A stretch of 64,000 bases of DNA from Octopus vulgaris (lineage: Eukaryota). This document shows positions 26,721 through 39,321 of this stretch, in pieces. The translations under genes were made by a program, and so were the position numbers. Positions within the stretch are counted from its first letter, which is position 1; each line of letters begins with the position of its first letter. Location of the stretch: NCBI GenBank assembly GCA_951406725.2, contig OX597817.1, positions 34,906,001-34,970,000 of the forward strand, given 5' to 3'. The notes beneath the pieces were generated by a model that was not told the DNA's origin, searched no databases, and was given only the letters and a program-made list of their open reading frames with translations.

Positions 26721-27275
26721 CTGAATATTTTCATCAACATTTTTTAATAAATCCACATGACTCGTTGCATCTTGGCTGACATGAGTGAAGGATGGGTTAG
26801 ATTTGGAAGTAGATACTTCTGATGAAATACTACGGGACTTTTGATTTACACAAGTGCTGTCTGAATGAGGAATATCTTCTATAGAATGAAGTAGTTTTGT
26901 AGGAGAGTTTTGTGGTTTAATTTCACAGGTATATTTATCCATATCTGATGAAGAAGGTTTCATCTCAGTTACATTCTCCACAGACATAGCTGTATTTTCT
27001 TTCTGTTGATTACGGGATGAAACTAAAACATAGTCCTCAACTAAAGCTGTCTCAATATTCCCATTGTTTTCACAAGCATCAATATTTTCCATTCTATCTT
27101 GATTAGCTACAAAAGATTTGGTAACAGCAGTTGAAGAATTTTTAATAGTTGTTGGTTGTTCTAAAGGAGTTTTATCAGAGCACATGTCAGATTTTCGTGA
27201 TTTTTTCTTCTTAGCTCCACATGCAATAACTCGGTGAAGAAACTGCTCTGCAGCTTTAGAAGCAGTATTTCCCAT
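26721..27275 (-). CDS. Putative alternative first coding exon of AIMP2 (N-myristoylation-type leader)
   Basis: 185 open codons in AT-rich intron 1; acaATGG Kozak with an in-frame TAG upstream. Two phase-0 donors (CAG|GTAAAA at 26721, CAG|GTATTC at 26709) are compatible with exon 2. Begins MGNTAS...C..KKKKSRK. Confidence 0.6.
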
Positions 27276-28517
27276 TGTAGCAGTCAGCAGCTAACTAACA
27301 CTGACAACAGAAAAATAACTGACTTTCAAAGACTGAAAGAGAAGAGTTGAGGTGTGTAACCAAAATAGACTTACACAACAGTGAGTCAGCAATGCAGAAC
27401 TTTATAAAGGCATCACTTGGGTTGATTCAATCTATTCATTCTTATGAAACCAGTTCTAGCTATACTAATTTTTCAGTATAGTTCGTACCATTTTGGAGGG
27501 AATATTTGAGATAAAGTGAAGAGGTTTAATAGTTTGAATGAATCTCTACTTTTCCAAAATATGAAGGAAACAATAATTTAGAACCAACTCTTGTTAAGTA
27601 TTTGAACAAGGAAAACTTTCTATAAATTTAAAGATACACACATATACACTTTTTTTTTAAAAGTCAAACCTGAAGATTTCATAATTCAAACTGTCAACCT
27701 GTCAGTAAAATAAATACATTATTAAATTGTGTATGAGTTTGTGTATGTGGAGGTGAGTTTGTATGCATGTGTGAGTTTGTAAGTGTGTGTTTGTGTGTGC
27801 ATGATTTTGTGTGAGTGTGTGTGTGAGTTTGTGTGTGTGTGTGTGTACATGCACGTGAGTGAGTGAGAGAGGTAAAAACATGAAACACACTTGGCGGTTA
27901 CAAATTCAAGCCTTACTACAACATATGTGACCTCTTTCTACTTATTTTATTGCTACTCTCTATCTAATTCTAGTATATCACCTACCAGCACACAATAGAC
28001 TTGTTTCTCCTTCCCACTTTATCTTTATTGGGTTTCGCTGCCTCCACAATAATTATTCTGCCCAATCCTTCTTCTTCACAAGGCCATCCTACTGGAATTT
28101 CCTCTCTGCCCAAATTTTTTCATGTAAATTTTAACCTACATTAAAACTAAATATCCACCATACTGATCTCACGAGTCCAGAGACCCTGGCAATATCATAT
28201 AAATTGCTAAGATAGTGAGCTGGCAGAAACTTTAGCACACCAGGCAAAAACGCTTTGCAGTTCATTTGCCTTTATGTTCTGAGTTCAAATTCCACCATGG
28301 TCAACTTTATCTTTCATCCTTTGAGGTTGATAAAATAAATACCAGTTGACTGCTGGAGTCAGTGTAATCGAAATACCCACTTCTACAAAGTTGCTGGCTT
28401 GGTGCCAAAATTTGAAACCAAAATATCATGTTAGTTTCTCTGAAAAATTTACATAATTATGGTCACTTTGTCTTGGTATCACATTATATTTGAGACTGCA
28501 TTGTACTCAAGTAAATA

Positions 28518-28830
28518 TCTATTATATAAAATCCGTTCTGTCTGTCTGTGTCTTCTAGGATCTCGGGCATCCTCCATCCGATTGCGCTCAAATTTGATAT
28601 GTAGATACCGATGATATCAGGGCGTGTATAAATCTTGAAAAAGTTATAAAAATCAATTCCAGGTGAGAATGCGATTGATAAAGCCGTGGGAACGTGCATT
28701 TGTAAAATCATTTTTCTTGGAATAGAAAAAAAGTCTATCTTTATTTCTTCTTTTGCTGGTGTCTCAAATTTTATGTTAAATCAGTGTTTCTCAAAGGGGA
28801 GGCCTATGGGACGGTTGGACAAGTTGTTTC
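28518..28830 (+). mobile_element. Non-autonomous Helitron-like 5' fragment
   Basis: A|TCTATTATATAAAA..TGTCTGTCTGT..CCGATTGCGCTCAAATTTG pattern typical of invertebrate Helitron-derived repeats; 3' end not identified. Confidence 0.45.
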
Positions 28831-30104
28831 GAGAAAATTTGGTTTAAATGTTTGACAACTCAGCACCGTCCATTGGACAGGGGGGCGTTTTGCTCATAGT
28901 ATATAATTTGGTACTGCAAACAGATGAGACACAGTTTACCAGAAGATTTACCTCTGCCTTCAGCTGCTGGCTTTGGATGTATAGTATTGTCTCTATCTCA
29001 CAATTATGTACAGAACTATGAAATGTCAGCCAACTCAAGCATAACTTAACAAATATTATAAATATTGTAAGTAAGTAGAATCAACTTAGCTTTTGACCAA
29101 AAAGGATCAACTTTGCCTTTTTCTATTCTATTGCTCACAAGTACTAGTCATATACCTTGTTCTATTCACCAAGTACACGGTGTTCCACTTTATTTTGGAT
29201 GCCAGTGATATTAACATTTTCATTATAAAACCTTTTTATTAATCACATGCAAAAATACTAAGTCTTGAGAGCAATATAAGTGGGAAATAATTATTGGGAT
29301 TCTGTGATATTTTCTAAAGCTCATAACTAAGGAAAAGTAATACAGAGCTAAACTGATTGATATTTCTATTTATTTATTTTTTGTAGTAGGCTCAATAAAC
29401 TGAGTTCATTCAAAATACTGGAATCAACCCATGCTAGCATGGAAAGAGGATTTAAATGATGATGATGATAATGACAATAATGATGACATATACATCCCTT
29501 TCCCAAATTACTGAAAATGTTTCAGAGATTGACACAGTGATTGGTAAGAGTTCTATACAATCTTAACTAACTCAAGCTGAATGCAGTTTGAAGAAAAGAA
29601 AAACATCACACACACACTTCATTTTATGTATTCTGAATACAGAAATAAAATAAATTTTTTACACATAAATTCAATCAATTTGTCTTGGCTCAACTATAGT
29701 TATTTCTATTGGCTTTAATTTTAAAATAGTCTGAAGCAGTTTACTAGCAGAGTCTGGTGCAGCCATCTGGCTTGCCACTCCTAAGTCAAACCGTCCAACC
29801 CATGCCAGCATGGAAAGCGGACGTTAAACAATGATGATGATGCCATAATCATCATCATTTTAATATTCACTTTTCCATGCATTCATGGGTTGAACAGTTT
29901 ACTGAGGCAGATTTTCTAAGGACAGATTGCCTTTCAAACCACCAGCTTGTTTCCAAGCAAGGTAATGCTCCCCCACCTGGCCAAATATTTTACAGAATAT
30001 TAGAAATGAATGACATTGCTTGTATAACAGTGACACTCGTTTACAACTATCATATGATATCAAGACAAGAAGTCACAAACAAATACATACAAGCACACAC
30101 ACAC

Positions 30105-30154
<50 letters not shown>

Positions 30155-30235
30155 AGGTCCCGGGTTGAGTCGGGGTTAACCACAGTAAATAAGGTACTCA
30201 ATACATAGCAGAGTAAATTAATTTATTTTATAGAA

Positions 30236-30290
30236 GGAGCTTCTACAGGACTAGAACTGTTTCATTCAAAAGAAATCATCAGGAAGCTCC
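30236..30290 (-). ncRNA. Type I hammerhead ribozyme inside a perfect palindrome
   Basis: GGAGCTTC-CTGATGA-TTTCTTTTGAAT-GAAACAG-TTCTAGTC-CTGTA-GAAGCTCC: 8-bp stem I, 4-bp stem III, weak stem II. Confidence 0.6.
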
Positions 30291-33200
30291 TGATGATTTC
30301 TTTTGAATGAAACAGTTCTAGTCCTGTAGAAGCTCCTTCTATAAAATAAATATATATATATATATATATATATATCATCATCATCATCATCATTTAGCGT
30401 CCACTTTCCATGCTAGCATGGGTTGGACGGTTCAACTGGGGTCTGGGAAGCCAGAAGGCTGCACCAGGCCCAGTCTGATCTGGCAATGTTTCTACAGCTG
30501 GATGCCCTTCCTAACGCCAACCACTCCATGAGTGTAGTGGGTGCTTTTTACATGCCACCGAAAAGCATCCAGTCCACACAGTAAAGTGGCTGGCATTTGG
30601 AAAGGCATCCAACTAAAAACCATGTCAAAACTGATCTCGTCTGTGCTTCTGCCATATAAAAAGCACTCAGTCCACTCTGCTGGGTGACTGGTGTTAGGAA
30701 GGGCATCCTGCCATAAAAGCCATGCCAAAACAGACACAAAAGTCTGGTGCAGTTTTCTGCCTGGCCAGCTCCTATCAAACCATCCAACCCATGCCAGCAT
30801 AGAAAGCAGACATTAAGTGATGATGATATATATGAGTGGCTGTGGGGTAAGTAGCTTGCTTACCAACCACATGGTTCCAGGTTCAGTCCCACTGTATGGC
30901 ACCTTGGGCAAGTGTCTTCTACTATAGCTTCGGGCTGACCAAAGCCTTGTGAGTGGATTTGGTAGACGGAAACTGAAAGAATCCCATCATATATATATAT
31001 ATATATATACATAGGTGTGTGTGTGTCTGTGCATGCATGAGTCACCCCATCATTGCTTGACAACCGATGCCGGTGTGTTTATGTCCTCATAATTCAGCAG
31101 TTCAGTCAAAGCGACCGATAGAATAAGTACTAGGCTTACAAAGAATAGGTCCTGGAATTGATTTGTTTGACTAAAGACAGTGCTCCAGTATGGCTGCAGT
31201 CAAATGACTTAAACAAATAAAAGAAAAAGAGTACACACATACAACAGCTCCATTAAATATACACAATGAGCTTCTTTCGGTTTCCATGTAGTAAATCCAC
31301 TCACAAGGCTTTGGTCCACCAAGGACTGTAGTACAAAACACTTGCCTAAGATGCCACATAAATGGGACTGAACATGAAACTTTGTGATTGGGAAGTAAAT
31401 TTTTCAATCACGCAATCATACATACACCTATAAAACATTGTGAAAAGCCCTTTCTCCAATGTCCTCTGTGAAATAAAAGAATTCACAATAGACAGATATT
31501 TCAAGAGAAAAGCTTGTAGCTGGTTCCCATTACCATCTGATCTGTCATGAAGAGCAATCTAATTTCTTGGGACTCTTAATCTTTTGTTACTGATAGTATG
31601 GACACACTAATTCCTTAAACTACAAGGAAAGTCACTATGTTTTCTTGTGTGCATTGCTTAACATTTTGGTCATCATATTTCTAATGAAATATACTGCCTA
31701 TGTTTCAAGTAGTTACATTAATAATCAAGAATTAGGAAGTATTTTCATTAAGTGGTTGAAATTGATTTTTAGCTATAAGTCAGCCCTGACTGAACAGACC
31801 ATTGATCAAGATCATCCTATCGAATTCCCTTTACTTATTTGTTTTATTTTATTTTCTTCTTTTGGCAGTCAAAGTGAACCCTGGATGATAATGTCCAATG
31901 TGAAGTTATAAGGAATCAACTGAAGACTTGGCTGCAATTTCTAGCAGGCCAAATAACCATGTGGATGATCCTATACATTGTTGTTTGGTGTCACAACTTA
32001 ACAAAATACCCATACATAGAATTACAATGGAAGATTTTGTGCATAAACATCAGAGTTTCAGGCAAGCTGGGTCATATATAGCAAACATAGTTTCTACCTG
32101 CTATTCTATAATTTCAATATTTTTCACCTTCCAGTCACCTAGTTTATTTCAGGTTAGAGGCTTATGTAAATTTGATAAATATTCTGAGCCTATATTTGTG
32201 TTTTAAATTTGACCAGTGGCATTAAAAGACACTGTTTGTAACAACTCATCCGTAAGCATGTTGGAGTATGATGTTCATGTGAAATTCGGTCATAATAGAT
32301 TTTGTTTAAATTTCAAATTACTTATGCAGTTCTTTTACAATGAGAACCAGGTTATGAATATTCAGCAAACAACCAAAACAGAGATAGACCAGTTAAAGTC
32401 TAAACACAAAATAATACAGTTAGTATTAACGTATGTGGGAAGCATTGAAAGGCTAACTAAAAATAATCACACAATGAGAAAAGAATTATACTAATAACCA
32501 ATATTATTTTCACTTTTTTTTGTATGGCATGGGAGATAATTCTGAACTTGTTTCTGTTTAATTATGACTTCATCAGAAAAGCTTAACCTTTACTGTACTA
32601 TCAAAATAATATGAAAGAATCAATATATATATATATGACTGTACATTCATTGGGGTAGGAAAATAAAATTGCTCAGGAAATGTATAATTCAGAGAAATCA
32701 ATCATATCAAAAAGCTAATTAAAAATATGAGGTGAGGAAAAATAAACAATACTAATAACTAATATTACTTCATTTTTTCAGCATTTCTCTAACCATTGTG
32801 CAATCTTATTTACTCAGTAATTCTTTTGTCACTATTTTGACAAGTGGTCTTTGCTGATGAGATCATAAGACAAGACATCTTTGGAGTTCTCTCTCAGATT
32901 TGCTAAAATAATTAAGATACTATTGGTCATTAATTACTGTTTTTCTTTACTTCATAATTATTTCCAATAAATTTCCTTTAATATTTAAATGCTTATCATG
33001 TGAATAAATTCCCCAAAGAAAACACATTTTGACTAGATTCAAGAAAGTGGAAACCAGCAAAAGAATTGAAGCAGTAGTTCTTAAGCATTTTTTGGTTACC
33101 AATAGCACACATTGTGCATAAAGCCAACATATATATTTTTATTTAAAAAATTATATATTTTAATCAATAAATTTATAAATAATTTTAAAAAAAGAAACAG

Positions 33201-34219
33201 AAAAATTATCAGGTGTTTTTTTATTCAATAAATATATTAAATATAGATATGAAGACTTTACATTTAGGATTTCCATTACAGCATTCTAATTTTTAAAGAG
33301 CTAATTTTTTTTTTTTTTTTTATAGAACAATCACAACAGATTGAGACAAATTAGTGTGCTGCAGTACATTATTTGGAAAAAACCTTAAATTTAAAAAAAA
33401 AAAATAGATTCATTTCACATATAGCAAGAAAAGAATTTTTATCTAATCTTCATAGAATGCAACCATTCCATCTTAGATTTAATGGCAGTTTGCCTGTATG
33501 ATGTCACATCATAATAGCTATACTTTGCTTGGCAGCAGTACCCTTTAAAGCCAGTGGTACAAGATTTGTTCTAGCAGACACACCCATATCATGATGAGTC
33601 TATATTGAAGCTCAGACTAACCTTTTGGTTCAATTATTGCAATACACAGTTATTTTGCTTGTTTTATGTTAAATTTTCCATGCTAGCATGAGTTAGACAA
33701 GTATATTACTGAAGCAATTTTTATAGCTGGAAGCTTTTGCCATTGCTAACATCAGTTCTTCAAGTAAAGAACCTCTTATGTCACACATCATCAAAGGTAG
33801 ACAGAGAATAGACAATCTGTTGACAGAAGTGATGACAAAGCCATTACAGCACAGTGGGATTGAACCAGAGAAGTTAACTTCTTAACCACACAGCCATGCC
33901 TAGTGATTTTGTGTTTCCTATGGAGAATATTTAAATATTGGTAATATGTTAATTCATTAAAGTGGTGAGCTGACAGAAATGTTAGCACGCTGGACAAAAT
34001 TCTTAGCGATATTTCGTCTGTTTATGTTCTGAGTTCAAATTCCACTGAGGTCGACTTGGCCTTTCATCCTTCTGGGGTTGATAAATTAAGTACCAGTTGC
34101 ATATTGGGGTCGATCTAATCGACTGGCCCCCTCCCCTAAAATTTCGGGCCTTGTGCCAGAAAAGAATATATTAATTCATTTCTCACTGTCAGTTGCTAAA
34201 TACATTTCATTCATCCATC

Positions 34220-34790
34220 TTCTCTGCCTGCTATTCCTGGAAAGGTCATGGGAGTAGAGTCCTCAGGCATCTCCTCCATAGAGTGCTATCAGAAATAACT
34301 GTCAATAGATTTTCTGGCTGGATTCCTAAGCACAACCAACTAAGACTATAGATATCCAACTTTCTTGTTCTTGGTCTACTCCTAGGTCTCTTGCCAGTTG
34401 GCTTGGCTTGAGGAACCTGTCTTATGATCCTTTCCAGTGACATGCTAATCACACATCACATGTACTACCAGAGCTGTAACCTCTCAATGTGGAGAAGTAG
34501 AGGCTCAGCCTAGAGAGACTCCATGATCTCTAAGTAATGTTACTCCAGATATCCATTGAAGAACCACATTTTGGCTACTTGTATTTGCAGTCATACTCTT
34601 TCGGTCATTACCCAACATTCATGACCATTCATAGGTGAGGATAAGCATGAAAATTAAATTGAAGATTAACAAGTTTGGCTTTTATGCCAACCTCTCATCT
34701 TCTGGGGACCAAATGCTGGAGCTGGCACCTGCAACTCTAGCATCCAATTCAATGCTCTGCTTCTCATCCATTGTGATTATGATACCACTT
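34220..34790 (-). mobile_element. Degenerate RTE-like LINE 3' ORF fragment
   Basis: ERIIRQVPQAKPTGKRPRSRPRTR is the G-K-R-P-R-G-R-P C-terminal motif of RTE ORFs. Confidence 0.6.
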
Positions 34791-37700
34791 CCTCAATGGC
34801 TGTACATGTCAATCCAGTGTATAAATGTTATAAAACATCTCAAAACCTAACGAATACATTTTCCACTTTTTTTATAATTGAAACTGATTTCAAAGTTGAT
34901 CAAAATGAAAAGAGGAAACAAAAAAACATTCGAGCGAGGTCATTGCCAGTGCCACTGGACTGGCTCCTGTGCAGGTGGCACATAAAAAGCACTATTTCAG
35001 CATGGCCATTGGCAGTACCGCCTGACTGGCCCTCGTGCCGGTGGCACGTAAAAGCACCCACTACACTCTCGGAGTGGTTCGCGTTAGGAAGGGCATCCAG
35101 CTGTAGAAACTCTGCCAGATCAGATTGGAGCCTGGTGCAGCCATCTGGTTTGCCAGCCCTCAGTCAAATCGTCCAACCCATGCTAGCATGGCAAGCGGAC
35201 GTTAAACGAAGCTTCTTTAATCCTTTCAATATTCACTGCCGCTGGTTCAATGATACAAAACTGTCCATTTTTATGTATTCATATTCAAACTAAACTCTCC
35301 ATTACTTTTATGCAAGAAATATTTTATGTTCCAAAAACCAGCTAAATAATGACGAACTGAATTATTTGATAAAATCCCCCACCAAATGCTTGCATATCCC
35401 TACTCCTGTCTCTAATCATCTGTTACTCCCCTCTAACACTCTTACCCATCCACCCTACCCAATCCTCTGTCGACTCTCTTATACTTCTTGTACCTTAAGA
35501 GTAAGCCCTGACACCTTGTCACTGCTACCTTTATCTCCCTTTACAGCTATTCCCACACACCCTTATATAATATGAGGTAGCATATAGCTCCCCTACAACA
35601 CCTGTTCCAGTCTCTATCAAAATTTTAGTCTCTCAGTCACCTCTCTACTAAACCTCCATGCAATTAAGGGGGATTTTTTGTGACCTCACAAGTGTCATTG
35701 CCACAAAAAAAAGCACTCAGTACACACTGTAAAGTGGTTAGTATTAGAAAGGGCATTCAGCAATAGAAACCATGCGAAAGCAGATATTGGAGTCATCCAA
35801 CCCATGCCAGCATAAAAGACATGTTAAATGATGATGATGATGGATATAACTAGAAACATGGTCACAAAAGAGGTCAGATTTACTTGTCTACAACCTTAAT
35901 TCTTTTTAAGAGTCATCAATTTTGGGGACCACAGATTAAAATGAAAAAAGGGCAGACTTTAGGAACACAAAGTGAAAAACCTTTCAATTAAATACTTTCA
36001 TAAACTTTTTCACTATTACTCTTTTGTTGTCTGTGGTCATGCTGGAGCACTGCCTTTAATTGAGCAAATCGACACCAGGACTTATTCTTTGTTAGCCTAG
36101 TACTTATTCTATCGGTCTCTTTTGCCAAACTGCTAAGTTATGGGGACGTAAACACACCAGCATCTGTTGTCAAGCAATGTTGGGGGACAAACACAGACAT
36201 ACAAACATATACACACACATATATACAACGGGTTTCTTTCAGTTTCCGTCTACCAAATCCACTCACAAGGCTTTGGTCGACCTGAGGCTATATTAGAAGA
36301 CACTTGCCCAAGGAGCCATGCAGTGGGACTGAACCTGGAACCATATGGTTCATAAGCAAGCTACTTACCACACAGCCACTCCTATGCCTAATTGGATACT
36401 TTTGTTCTTTATTGAAGACAAATACCATAAGGTGATTCAGTTCACTACTTCAAACAGTAATGTGAAAAAGAAATATTTTGTCAGACAATACCTGGTTAAA
36501 TAGGTGTTTCTATCCAGGAAAAGAAAATGTCGCAGCTGTTAATTCCATAAGAGTTAGATAATCACTACCACACTGCCACATACTAGAATCAGAGATGATT
36601 CTAATGTCCTACTGAAATTAAGTTTAATTAAGTTTCAACAGTAAACCAGAACTAAGCAATATATCAGATTCCTTATTCTATGTTTTCATGCAAGCACAGA
36701 AAATAGTAAATTTACTCCTTTTGACAGCTTTATTACTAAAAAGCTTCCGATATCTAGATCTCAAAATTTATATCTTAAGTAGTCTAGCAATGATCTAAAT
36801 ATAATGTATTGCTTTGTAAGTATTATGAGGTATTCTGGTGTGTCTAATAACTCACTGCGTCCTTAAGCAAAGAAATACTTCACATTTATGTCATATATGA
36901 GGACAACCAGTTTAACATGTCATGTTGAGTTTAAAATGAAATTACATGCTAAGTTTTACACTGTAAATTTTACAGTGCTAATGCTATTTACTGTGAATTA
37001 AAGCACCTTACAAGAATATTAACAGCTAGGTTAACTGAACCATTTCGGAGGTATGTGACTATTGGCCAGAGATTTGTGAAGGTTTAATAATGTTAGGCAG
37101 ATAAAGAACATTTCACTCCTGAATATGAGTTCCATATCAGAACAGGAATGGTTCCCTCCAACAGGCATCCAGTGTTTCTGTCTACCAACTTACATTCAGA
37201 CAGCTTTAACCTGAAACTATGACAGAAGAAAAGTGTCCAAGGTTCACACAGTCGGCTCAAACTCAAAACCTGTAGTTGCAAAGCAAATTTCTTAACTACA
37301 CAGCCATGGTTGCATCAACAAAATGTATTGCCAAACATTTTTTCGTTCTTAAGACACTTATGCAACCTATCAAATTCTGCTGTTTTCCAAATTGTATTGA
37401 TTATTTAAGTCTGAAACATGAAACATAACCTAGATAATACAGCGTCAGATGAGGGTTAATGATTTAATATCCTTTCATTTTTACAGTCAATTATAGCCAA
37501 AACATCCTGTTCCTTCGTTTGCAGTACTGAGTTTAATTATTGTTGTATGCTTTGGCAAGGTAACCCATCTTTATATCTCTCCAGAAAATTCTATAGATGC
37601 TTCGTCTATGGGGTGACAAGGAGTTAGGCACAATCTGGAAGGTGATCCTTTATCTAACTACCCAGGCAAATTGAAGACAAACTAAAGTGTCCATTCCAAC

Positions 37701-39168
37701 ATCATAGAACAGTACTTGCAGTCTGCCATCTCCCACTTAACCATTATGAGATAAATAAACAAGTTAATTCTTTGATTTCCTGTAAGGAAAAAGACAGTCC
37801 CTTAAGGGGGTCGTGATGAAAGTAAAGATACTGAGTGAATTATTTATTCGATTCTTTTCACGTAACATGAAATTACTTTCAGAAATCCGTTTAAAAAATC
37901 CAACACCTCCAGTGCACCCTGATTCAATAACTAATTTTAATACAAAAATAAATATTGATGCTCGAAGACACAAAATCGCATCCAAAGCTCTTCGTTTCAT
38001 TCTCGGCTCTCATCTCTTCTCATATGTATCGATTACACTCACTCACCTCGAAACCTCTCACTCCACCCAAGTTTTTCCATCCAGAACATCGTCCCTTACA
38101 ATTCTACTTCCTGCACGTCTTCCCTGCAACTGCCGGCTTGCAACAGTTGAAGCAGAATATTAACGATATCAATGCCACCAGTAGACTGGGCCTACAAAGG
38201 CCATGACAATTATTCCTGTTTTCACTAAGCGAATAAAAATTAATTCACTCTGATACTGATTGCCATGGGCTTGTGGAAAGTAGTGCAAATTGATTTTGAA
38301 GCGCCATTTCTTAGGATACTAGCCATAATAGTAGCAGTGGTTACAAAGTGAAATTGAATTTAAAATTATAACCAAGACGTCAGAAACATAACAGAACTAA
38401 CTTTAGTGTAGACTGTAAACTACATTGAGGCTAAATAGCATTATTTGGTAGTAATTTTCATGGATCATGAGTCTAAGTGTGGTTCTGCTTGAATGATTAA
38501 CTAGAACATAATTTCATGATTTCTACAAGTGATATCAAATAAAATGACGAATAAATTTTGTTTTAAATAAATTTTTAGAACATAAATTTATATATATATA
38601 TATAATATATACTAAATATATAGGCAGAGAGGAAGTGAGTGTTGATTTTTATGCTAGAACATGAAAATACTAGTAGGATGATGAAATATGTTAGACATGT
38701 ACACTAACATCTTGTTTGCTTCGCTGCATGTTTTGCTAAATAGCTTCGGCCAGAAGTTTTTCATAATCAATGCATCCTTGGATCATATTCACAAGAAATG
38801 GGATAAACCAAATGTAAAATAGTTTTTAACAAGACGGCTGACGTAACAATTAATGAAAGTGAATTCCTTTACAAACAAACATGTCACAACAAAATGTCTG
38901 TTGGTTGAGATTAAGAACAGTTTCTTTCGAAAATGTTTAAAGTACTGCGTTGTTTGTAATTTCAGAAACAAATTTAGGTGATCTTACGACCAAATTTATT
39001 CTTGTATTATATGTAAAAGTTAAAGTTGAATCAAATCTGTTTAAAAACACAGCATCTCGAGCTTCGAGTATTGACGACGAGTCACAGAAAATAGAAAAGT
39101 GACACGTGCTAATAAATACTGAAACCAAAAGTATCATCTAAAATGAACATCAATTGAAATTTACTCAC

Positions 39169-39321
39169 ATCGGCTTTTTCATGAGCTTTGGTAATTCGTT
39201 TAACATAATACATATCTTCAGACGTCTTCAGATTCATATTATTAAAAGAGTGGTATGGTTTTACATGGTACATTTCGCCGCTATCGGCTACAGACGGAAA
39301 CGACGGCTCCGAAGAAGACAT
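39169..39321 (-). CDS. AIMP2: AIMP2 (p38/JTV-1, multi-synthetase complex scaffold) coding exon 1
   Basis: Encodes MSSSEPSF...MYHVKPYHSFNNMNLKTSEDMYYVKRI..., matching the AIMP2 N-terminal motif M-Y-x-V-K-P-Y-H...M-Y. ATG at 39321 in agcATG context; alternative start at 39273. Phase-0 donor GAT|GTGAGT at 39169/39168. Confidence 0.85.

Noticed and set aside
37813-38206. Plus-strand 116-aa and 83-aa ORFs; GTGATGA...CTGA C/D-box-like motif
   Set aside because: No recognisable protein motif; antisense to the host intron, with no terminal stem or convincing guide.
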